From assembly GCA_052034485.1 (NCBI GenBank), contig JBPOIM010000020.1:1-61058 (forward strand): a DNA stretch of 61,058 bases, in the 5' to 3' direction. Positions within the stretch are counted from its first letter, which is position 1, and each line of letters opens with the position of its first letter. The notes beneath the pieces are model-generated. The model had not been told where the DNA came from and made no database searches. It saw nothing but the letters and a program-made list of their open reading frames with translations. The position numbers and the translations under genes are program-made. Source of the stretch: Candidatus Anderseniibacteriota bacterium. Lineage in GTDB: Bacteria > Patescibacteriota > Andersenbacteria > UBA10190. Of the stretch, positions 27,462 through 35,239 are shown one piece after another.

Positions 27462-29840
27462 CTATCTTCTCCTGTACAAAGTATATGTATCTCCGGCTTC
27501 GGAGTTACTCACTGACCCTATTTCCTCAAAGTCGGTATTGAGAATGTTTCTTCGATCTGGGTAACCATCAAAATATATCTCATTTGTCCTACTTTCCATG
27601 AGAATAAAGTTGACTTTCGTTCGCAGATATTCAGTCAAATCTTCTGGAGTAATAAATAAAAGGTCGCGTAATTCTTCCGATATAGTATGAAATCGCGCCT
27701 CCCTATACCAACCAGGATGAGAATATCCAAATATAATACTCCTATGGGAGAAACTTGTTGCAACTGGTTGAGCAGTAAATATTGCCTCATTATGAGGAAC
27801 ATTCTTTTCAATAAGACGCACAATATCAACAAGACTTTCCTGGGATACGGTTCCCGTATGAGGATAGATTAATGCCATTGCATATCCCTGGTATATAAGA
27901 GCACCTCCCACAAATACCGTAACTGCTCGTAAAGCCCAAGACATCCACTTCGGTTTAATCTTACCCCACACATCAAAGAGGAATTGATACCCAACACCAA
28001 ACAATAAGGCCAATTGTGGAATAAATTCCGTAAGATAACTTTGTCTAAATCTCCCCCAATGAGCATACGCCATAGTAGTAATGCCAAGCCATAACAGGGT
28101 AAGAAAAGGAACTTTCCATGATGGAAGATATTCTTTAGCAACCGATTTCTTTGCATATAAAATGGTTGCCATTGCGGTCATCAGAGGTAGCCCAATAACC
28201 AGATACGCAATGAAAAATGTAGTTGAAGTAAACCCTTTCGGAAGCAGGAAATTAGTATCGTATAAATGCACAAGCACTTCCCTATTAATAAGAAAGAGAA
28301 CGAAAAGTATACTAAATATAGACAACACTCTTCGGGGGTTGATATACATGATCGGAACGATAAAAAGTGGAACAAGTAATAATGCCCCCGATCTCCATAA
28401 AACCCGAGACTCTATTGTAAGCGAACGTATAATTGACTCATTTTGCGCATCCCGAGTCTCAGATATATCCTGGCGGTTTTGAGATATAAGAAAAGCTTCC
28501 ATATTCATAGTAACCGCAGCCTTTGGTAGACCTATAGCGCCAATAAGAAGCAAAAACGTAACAATAAATGCTGAAATACCTGTGCCAACATATACAAGAG
28601 CAAGGCGAAAACGTTCTTTTTTTGAGGCATACAATAATAGTGCAAGCACTCCAATTATTGCTGGTAGGGCGGAAGTAATGCGAATAAGAAACCCTGCCGT
28701 AAACACAAGCGCAGCACTCACAGCAAGCTGACAAGACGCCCTCTTAGCGGCACGGGTAGCGAGCAAGAGTCCAAATATTGAAACCGCTATGCTCGTCGAT
28801 CCTAGCAGGAGAGGCGTTGTAAGGGCGACAGATGCCGGAATCAATGTAAATGCAAAGAGCGATAGAACTCTGACCTTCGGACTAATATTAAACTCTTTAA
28901 GAAGCCCCCAAAACCACCAAGCCCCCAACGCCCAACTTAACGCAGGGAATAGCCTCCAAGTAACTACTGCATGGGGCACAACAAAGCTCCAAAGCCAAAG
29001 TAGACCAAGATACAGCGGGCCTTTTGTAAGAAAATCTCGAAAGGGCATCAACTGCGAGGAAGTTTGCAAAGCGTCCTGAATATATGCCCCCTCATCGATA
29101 ATTAATGGAGTAAAAACAGAGAGCAAAATATGCAACATCACCCCAAATACAATAAAAATAGAAACAAGAACCTTTTCCGAAACAGAAAATTTCCGCAGCA
29201 GTACATACCCAAACACAGCAATAACCCCCATCCACATGCTTTGATACTCCCAAGAGGCAAGCCCACCAAAATATCTGCCAATGTCTGAATTTTTATTAAA
29301 AAGTCGAGAACCAGCCCAAACTTCAGAAAACGCTAGGTTACCCTTCAATACGCGACTGTTAGCATATGCGGCCCCCTCCGTGTATGCCTGAGCATCCTGC
29401 TCCCGATATACCCAAAAGGATTTCGAAGAAGCATGAGGAGCTTCCAGCACCCATAATAATTTTTCAGGCACTGACCATAAAGGAGAAAAGGTAAACGTCG
29501 CTTTTTCATCTTGAAACGTAAAAGCCGGCTTTGCGATAAGATCTGGCCCATTTAGGGACTTTTTTATATGCAAAACAAGCGGAGTGGGAGCGTCCGCAGA
29601 ACTCCCAATAGAAACAGTAACCCCCTTCAGGCCAGAATGGGGTATAAACTCCTGAGCAACGACCGTTTTATCGCCAAAATATACTCTATCCCCCTCTCCA
29701 GGGGGCGCAAGAATATTTCTATGAAAATCTATAGGAATGAGAAAGTATCCCAGGCCCCACAATACCCCCAGCGCAACAATAAAGAGGATAGGATATTTTT
29801 GAATCAAGCGGGTCAATCTGGAAAAAAGGAGGAATTTCAT
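27462..29840 (-). CDS. GT-C-like polytopic membrane protein with N-terminal extracytoplasmic module
   Basis: 792 aa. TM1, then a ~140-aa soluble module (VVAQEFIPHSGLKGVTVSIG...LVLHIKKS...TFTFSPL...LLWVLEAP), then a polytopic core with PLIIDEGAYIQDALQTSSQLMPFRDF. C-terminal AIFTAQPVATSFSHRSIIFGYSHPGWY. Confidence 0.7.
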   Translation of the reverse strand: MKFLLFSRLTRLIQKYPILFIVALGVLWGLGYFLIPIDFHRNILAPPGEGDRVYFGDKTVVAQEFIPHSGLKGVTVSIGSSADAPTPLVLHIKKSLNGPDLIAKPAFTFQDEKATFTFSPLWSVPEKLLWVLEAPHASSKSFWVYREQDAQAYTEGAAYANSRVLKGNLAFSEVWAGSRLFNKNSDIGRYFGGLASWEYQSMWMGVIAVFGYVLLRKFSVSEKVLVSIFIVFGVMLHILLSVFTPLIIDEGAYIQDALQTSSQLMPFRDFLTKGPLYLGLLWLWSFVVPHAVVTWRLFPALSWALGAWWFWGLLKEFNISPKVRVLSLFAFTLIPASVALTTPLLLGSTSIAVSIFGLLLATRAAKRASCQLAVSAALVFTAGFLIRITSALPAIIGVLALLLYASKKERFRLALVYVGTGISAFIVTFLLLIGAIGLPKAAVTMNMEAFLISQNRQDISETRDAQNESIIRSLTIESRVLWRSGALLLVPLFIVPIMYINPRRVLSIFSILFVLFLINREVLVHLYDTNFLLPKGFTSTTFFIAYLVIGLPLMTAMATILYAKKSVAKEYLPSWKVPFLTLLWLGITTMAYAHWGRFRQSYLTEFIPQLALLFGVGYQFLFDVWGKIKPKWMSWALRAVTVFVGGALIYQGYAMALIYPHTGTVSQESLVDIVRLIEKNVPHNEAIFTAQPVATSFSHRSIIFGYSHPGWYREARFHTISEELRDLLFITPEDLTEYLRTKVNFILMESRTNEIYFDGYPDRRNILNTDFEEIGSVSNSEAGDTYTLYRRR

Positions 29841-29889
29841 AGCCTATCTACCTTGTAACATAAGCTTTACCTCAATACAAAAACCCGTT

Positions 29890-29895
29890 TATACT
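29890..29895 (+). promoter_or_regulatory. -10 hexamer TATACT at -12..-7 of ATG 29902
   Basis: cgttTATACTacgcctATG. Lies in a 61-nt divergent spacer. Confidence 0.45.
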
Positions 29896-29901
29896 ACGCC
29901 T

Positions 29902-30417
29902 ATGCAAGCAAGGACAAAAAAGGAATTTATCGTCGTTGCACTTGGAGGAATAATATTGTGTTCTATTGGATTATATAGTTCTCTTTATGCTCGATCCGTC
30001 GTACGTGACGATATTCGAAAACAAGATATAACAAACCTTAAGCGAGCAATAGAACAATATAATAATGCCCACGCTTTTTATCCCACCCCCCCTTCGGGTT
30101 CGTCGGAATGCTCAAAAAGTTCCCCTCAAGACTGGCTTTTAGGAGAAGACTCTTCTCTTCTAAAAGAGCATTTTATTGATGCTATTCCTCACGATACTCG
30201 GGAATCAAAAGGATTTGCATATATGTACTGTCCCACAGTAATAAGCAAAGGGCATACGACCGGCTTTTATTTACAGGCGCAGTTCGAATCAGATCAGGCG
30301 GAGGGAGTGTTTTTTGACGACGACGAACATAGAAAGTTTGGCTATCGAATACTTAATAACAATGATACAAAACTCTACCGTGTTTGCGGCGGAGACGATC
30401 ATCAATGTAATAAATAA
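29902..30417 (+). CDS. small membrane-anchored protein with type IV pilin / pseudopilin-like domain (degenerate signal)
   Basis: 171 aa. N-terminal hydrophobic helix FIVVALGGIILCSIGLY followed by ARSVVRDDIRKQDITNLKRAIEQYNN (pilin-like AR..RD..R..D...L..A.E.Y pattern). Four Cys in the C-terminal half. Lacks the G/FTLIE prepilin cleavage motif. Confidence 0.45.
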   Translation: MQARTKKEFIVVALGGIILCSIGLYSSLYARSVVRDDIRKQDITNLKRAIEQYNNAHAFYPTPPSGSSECSKSSPQDWLLGEDSSLLKEHFIDAIPHDTRESKGFAYMYCPTVISKGHTTGFYLQAQFESDQAEGVFFDDDEHRKFGYRILNNNDTKLYRVCGGDDHQCNK

Positions 30418-30423
30418 TATTCT

Positions 30424-31461
30424 ATGAAAAAAGTTCTTATAACAGGCGGAGCAGGATTTTTAGGAATTAACCTTGTTCGACATCTCTTATCTCGTGGATA
30501 CGAAGTTATATCATACGACTTCGCCCCATTCGACTACCCAGAAAAAGATTCGATTACCGTTATAACAAAAGATATTCGAAATAAAAAAGATCTAGATGCC
30601 GCAATGGAGGGTGTAGATTTTGTCGTGCATTGTGCCGCTGCCCTTCCCCTATACTCAAAAGAGGATATATATACCACTGACGTAGACGGTACTCGAAACG
30701 TACTAACTTCAGCATTTGAGCATGGCGTACAGCGGATTGTACATATTTCCTCAACTGCAGTATACGGAATTCCAGACCACCACCCACTATATGAAAACGA
30801 TAAACTTATCGGCGTGGGTGCGTATGGAGAAGCAAAAATTTTAGCCGAAGAAGTGTGCGAAGATTTTAGAAAAAACGGTAAATGGGTTTCCGTATTACGA
30901 CCTAAGTCATTCGTGGGCCCAGAACGTCTCGGAGTTTTTGCACTCCTCTATGACTGGGCATACACAGGGCATAACTTTCCTATGATTGGAATGGGGCATA
31001 ATCGCTACCAACTTCTCGACGTAGAGGACTTATGTGAAGCAATTTATATCTGCCTTACAACACAAGAAGATACCGCAAACGACACCTTCAATATTGGAGC
31101 AAAAGAATACACAACAATGAAAGAAGACTATCAGGCCGTACTCGACGAAGCTGGATATAAAAAACATATTATTGGATTCCCGGCAGCTCCAATGATATGG
31201 GCACTTCGCTTGCTAGAAATGCTTCATATATCCCCACTATATAAATGGGTCTACGAAACTGCTGCGGTTGATTCGTTTGTATCAATAGAAAAGGCAGAGA
31301 AAGTTCTTGGATATAAACCAAAATACTCTAACAAGCAGGCACTCGTAAGAAACTACAAGTGGTACATTGCGAACCTGCAGTCATTCCAAAGCGCAAGTGG
31401 AGTAAGCCATCGAGTGCCTTGGAAGCAAGGGGCATTAGGAATCGTGAAGCATTTATTTTAA
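30424..31461 (+). CDS. NAD-dependent epimerase/dehydratase-family SDR
   Basis: 345 aa. VLITGGAGFLGINLVRHLL, HISSTAVYG and YGEAK (YxxxK). No TDE dehydratase triad. Confidence 0.75.
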   Translation: MKKVLITGGAGFLGINLVRHLLSRGYEVISYDFAPFDYPEKDSITVITKDIRNKKDLDAAMEGVDFVVHCAAALPLYSKEDIYTTDVDGTRNVLTSAFEHGVQRIVHISSTAVYGIPDHHPLYENDKLIGVGAYGEAKILAEEVCEDFRKNGKWVSVLRPKSFVGPERLGVFALLYDWAYTGHNFPMIGMGHNRYQLLDVEDLCEAIYICLTTQEDTANDTFNIGAKEYTTMKEDYQAVLDEAGYKKHIIGFPAAPMIWALRLLEMLHISPLYKWVYETAAVDSFVSIEKAEKVLGYKPKYSNKQALVRNYKWYIANLQSFQSASGVSHRVPWKQGALGIVKHLF

Positions 31462-31464
31462 TAT
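31459..31464 (+). promoter_or_regulatory. -10-like hexamer TAATAT at -12..-7 of ATG 31471
   Basis: tttTAATATttagatATG. Overlaps the stop codon of the upstream gene. Confidence 0.3.
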
Positions 31465-31470
31465 TTAGAT

Positions 31471-32436
31471 ATGAGCATACTCATCACAGGTGGAGCCGGT
31501 TTTATTGGATCGCATGTAGCACACCACCTTCTCTCGAGGGGCGAAGATGTTGTTATTATCGATGACTTTAATGACCGCTATGACCCTCGGCTCAAAGAGG
31601 CACGTATTGCTCATATGTTTACCGATCTTCCCAAGCAGCCCGTGCTCGTTCGAGGAGATATAACAAACGAAGATATTCTTAGTGATATTATGCAAAAGCA
31701 TACTGTCACCTCCGTCATACACCTTGCCGCGTGGGCAGCCATTCCTCGAAGCATCGAATCTCCGCTCATATATACCCACGCAAACGTAACAGGGACTGCG
31801 GCTGTATTAGAAGCCGCAAGAAAGCACAATATTCAAAAAATTGTTATCGCATCGAGTTCGTCAGTATATGGAGGCATTACAGAACTCCCTTTTCGAGAAG
31901 ACATGAACATCATGCACCCAATCGCTCCCTATGCTGCTACAAAGGTTGCAACAGAGGCATTAGCGTATACCTGGCATCACTTATATAAGATTCCGACAAC
32001 ATGTTTGAGATTTTTTACCGTATATGGCCCGTGGGGTAGGCCAGAAATGGCTCCCTTTGCCTTCACTCGAGCAATAGACTCTGGCACAGAAATTGAATTG
32101 CGAGGAGAAACTACCTCTCGAGACTTTACATATATCGATGACATTGTCCAAGGAGTTGTTAGTTCAATGGATAATGCAAACGAATACCATGTATATAACC
32201 TTGGAGAATCAGACGGCGTACCTCTGCCAAGACTTATTGCAGCCTTTGAGCAAGCAATTGGAAAAAAGGCGAATGTAAAAATAGTCCCATTACAACCCGG
32301 CGAACTCCCTAAAACCCTCGCAGACATCTCCCTAGCAAAAAAAGATCTTAACTATAACCCAACCACTTCAATAGAAGACGGCGCCAAGAACTTCGTTGCA
32401 TGGTATCGAGAATGGCATGAAACTATTTTCAACTGA
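31471..32436 (+). CDS. UDP-glucuronate 4-epimerase-like SDR
   Basis: 321 aa. ILITGGAGFIGSHVAHHLL, IIDDFNDRYDPRLKEARI, SSSSVYG, YAATK and the hallmark RFFTVYGPWGRPEMAPF. Confidence 0.75.
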   Translation: MSILITGGAGFIGSHVAHHLLSRGEDVVIIDDFNDRYDPRLKEARIAHMFTDLPKQPVLVRGDITNEDILSDIMQKHTVTSVIHLAAWAAIPRSIESPLIYTHANVTGTAAVLEAARKHNIQKIVIASSSSVYGGITELPFREDMNIMHPIAPYAATKVATEALAYTWHHLYKIPTTCLRFFTVYGPWGRPEMAPFAFTRAIDSGTEIELRGETTSRDFTYIDDIVQGVVSSMDNANEYHVYNLGESDGVPLPRLIAAFEQAIGKKANVKIVPLQPGELPKTLADISLAKKDLNYNPTTSIEDGAKNFVAWYREWHETIFN

Positions 32437-35239
32437 TAAAACAAGGGAACACCTCATTCCTGTAGGCATTGTAGTTATTACATGGCTAATTTTCTTTTTG
32501 CCCATCCTCTTAGGAATACGAGCGTATTTTTTAGATGATCTAAAAATTATCTACTACCCATTAGAGGTCATATACGCACAGGCCCAGCATTCTTGGCAGC
32601 TTCCTATGTGGTCAAACGAATTTGGTTTTGGACAGCCAATCATCGCTTGGGGCCAACTTGGGTTTTTTACACCACTACATCTTATTCTTAGGGCCTTATA
32701 CATACCCCCTATTGCGCTTCTGCAAATCTCCGTTGCTGCATACTTCCTATTTGGAAGTATTGGAATGTACTTATTTTTAATACGAAGGAAGATACATCCC
32801 GCAGCTGCCACACTGGGAGCCATATTATTTTCATATTGCGGGTTTCATATAGGGCACTTAAACCATGTAAATTTCTACACAAGCACAATGCTATTGCCAT
32901 GGCTGCTCATCGTTATCGACTCCATACTAAAGAAAAGTTCCCTTTCTACCGCCACAACACTAGCAATCATTGCTGCAGCAATCACTGTAAGCGGACAGCC
33001 TCAAATTATCTTTTATACATTCTGTATCGCAGCAATAATTGGAATTGCGCTATATACAGAACGCCCCCGAATAAAGCCCCTTCTTTGGATACTGTATGCT
33101 GGGATTGTCTCTTTTCTACTTTCCTCATTTGCATTACTACCCTTTAAAGAGTTTCTTCCCTCAACAGAACGGGGGAGTTCACTCCCAATGCAGGAACTAT
33201 TTGAGTTCAGCTACCCTCCATACGATACTATCACTTTGATTTTTCCGTACTTCTTTGGGGACCACGCGAACTATTCTGGGCCAAAAGGATTCCAAGAGCT
33301 TGCTGCATATGTCGGCATTATTCCTCTTATGCTAGCGGGAGTTTCGCTCATTCGATGGAAATCTCACACAAGAGAAAAAATAGCAGGCATTACACTAGCC
33401 CTCATTGGCGGAGCATTATCGCTAGGAAAATACTCTACCATCTATACCTACCTCGTAGACCAACATATCGTAACGAGCATTGGCGTTGTAGGGAGATTTG
33501 TATTCTTTTTTGATATCGGAATACTCCTGCTTGCCGCTATTGGACTTCACGAGCTGTATACCGCAACAAAAGTATCCATCAAGCAAAAAATAGCGTCTAT
33601 AGGCGCTTCACTACTTCTTCCAATTTGCCTTATTGGTATTCCATTCGGAATATATGCATCGTATACCCCTGAGGCATGGCGAAGATTCCAAGAACTTTTT
33701 TCAGTACACGCAGTATCGTTTTGGATTATCGTAATCGGCATTATTGGCGTTTTGACCTACATTATATGTAAAAATATAAAAGGAAAATATGCCACAGTAC
33801 TTCCGTGGGTACTTCCTGTACTCTCGTCTATCACCCTATTACTGTATGGCTGGAACTACAATCCAACAGCATCTGCGTCAGAAGCATACGCGCCCTCTCC
33901 ATTTACAACAAACCTTCTACAATACAGAGAAGAAACAGGGCTGCCAGCACGATTATACTCAGCAACACATCTCCCTGTTACAGGCAACCCGCACGTAGAA
34001 GTATTCCTTTCCGATAAAATATCCCCTTCGTTTACTGTATTTCAGCCGTTAAATATTGAGAAAAATAATCTTCGCTGCCTTACAATCCCCATTCAATCAA
34101 GCACGCTAGACGATACAAAAATGCTGATCACAATTCGAACTGGATTCACTGGTAAGATATGGCACACCCAAACAGTTTCCTCCGAGGACGCATTTAAGCA
34201 TACAGAGCAGCGTATTTGCTTCCCAGAAATACCAGAAAGTGACCGAGACGATCTCATGCTATCGTTTTCAAGCAACGAAGAAACGAGCATGCAAGTATTT
34301 GTAACTGCAAATAAAAGCGATAGTACTCGAGTATATTTCGTTCGAGTAAAAAATCCGAATACAGAACAACTCGCACGGTCACTAAAGCCTCTCTCGGTGC
34401 AATATACTCCGGAATTCCCAATCGTAAGCGACGTCGAAGCTTCTCTTATGATGCGTCATATTCAAGCTGTTGCAGGATCCTCAAGCGCTCGCTGGATTGG
34501 AGCATTATCTATTAAGCCATACAGAGAATTTGTTGATTCATTTTTTGCTAATGACTCTGACCCATTTGACGGAGACGGTATCCATGCACTTACAAGAAAT
34601 AAAAAGCTTGTAGATATGGTTGGGATTACCCATTTTGCACAATCGCTAGAGTACGGCCAAACCAACGACCCTATGCTTACTGCAGGATACACACTTCTCA
34701 ATGAAGCAGATACGGGGGATTCCATTATTCGACTATACAAAAACCCAAAAGCATACCCAAAAGCATTTATGGTACCCAATGCAGAATTTGTAGCAGCAGA
34801 TGATGAGGTGCGCTTTAAACTACGAGACCCAAATTTCGACCCAAAGACACTTGCCTATATATCCGGACCAATCCCCCCATCAACACCGCCCAAGACATCA
34901 TTGGCAGGCTTTTCTGGATCCGCAACAATAAAAACATACACCAATACAAAAGTGGAAGTTGAAACCACCGCAAATAAAGAATCGTTTCTTATCGTAAACG
35001 ACAGCACCACACCACAGTGGCAAACCTTCATTGACGGAGCTCCTGCGCTTCAACTAAAAGCAAATTCTATCTTTAAGGCCGCCCAAGTGCCTGCAGGAAC
35101 CCATACGGTAACTTTTCAGTACATCTCTCCAGCAATACAACAGTCAGAATTGCTCACAGCAATTGGAATACTCCTTAGCATTGGAGGCTATACGTACGCC
35201 CCCGTTGCGCGAAAGATGAAGCAGAAATTATCGAAGTAA
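32417..35239 (+). CDS. YfhO-family polytopic membrane protein (GT-C-like) with large C-terminal soluble region
   Basis: The ORF-track start 32396 is a TTG; first ATG at 32417. IIYYPLEVIYAQAQHSWQLPMWSNEFGFGQPIIAWGQLGFFTPLH. C-terminal FLIVNDSTTPQWQTFIDGAP...VPAGTHTVTFQYISP plus a terminal TM helix, typical YfhO layout. Confidence 0.7.
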   Translation: MKLFSTDKTREHLIPVGIVVITWLIFFLPILLGIRAYFLDDLKIIYYPLEVIYAQAQHSWQLPMWSNEFGFGQPIIAWGQLGFFTPLHLILRALYIPPIALLQISVAAYFLFGSIGMYLFLIRRKIHPAAATLGAILFSYCGFHIGHLNHVNFYTSTMLLPWLLIVIDSILKKSSLSTATTLAIIAAAITVSGQPQIIFYTFCIAAIIGIALYTERPRIKPLLWILYAGIVSFLLSSFALLPFKEFLPSTERGSSLPMQELFEFSYPPYDTITLIFPYFFGDHANYSGPKGFQELAAYVGIIPLMLAGVSLIRWKSHTREKIAGITLALIGGALSLGKYSTIYTYLVDQHIVTSIGVVGRFVFFFDIGILLLAAIGLHELYTATKVSIKQKIASIGASLLLPICLIGIPFGIYASYTPEAWRRFQELFSVHAVSFWIIVIGIIGVLTYIICKNIKGKYATVLPWVLPVLSSITLLLYGWNYNPTASASEAYAPSPFTTNLLQYREETGLPARLYSATHLPVTGNPHVEVFLSDKISPSFTVFQPLNIEKNNLRCLTIPIQSSTLDDTKMLITIRTGFTGKIWHTQTVSSEDAFKHTEQRICFPEIPESDRDDLMLSFSSNEETSMQVFVTANKSDSTRVYFVRVKNPNTEQLARSLKPLSVQYTPEFPIVSDVEASLMMRHIQAVAGSSSARWIGALSIKPYREFVDSFFANDSDPFDGDGIHALTRNKKLVDMVGITHFAQSLEYGQTNDPMLTAGYTLLNEADTGDSIIRLYKNPKAYPKAFMVPNAEFVAADDEVRFKLRDPNFDPKTLAYISGPIPPSTPPKTSLAGFSGSATIKTYTNTKVEVETTANKESFLIVNDSTTPQWQTFIDGAPALQLKANSIFKAAQVPAGTHTVTFQYISPAIQQSELLTAIGILLSIGGYTYAPVARKMKQKLSK

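Noticed and set aside
29902-30417. Bona fide type IV pilin / T2SS pseudopilin
   Set aside because: The post-TM region is pilin-like, but the G/FTLIE cleavage-methylation motif and Glu5 are absent. It is called only pilin-like and membrane-anchored.
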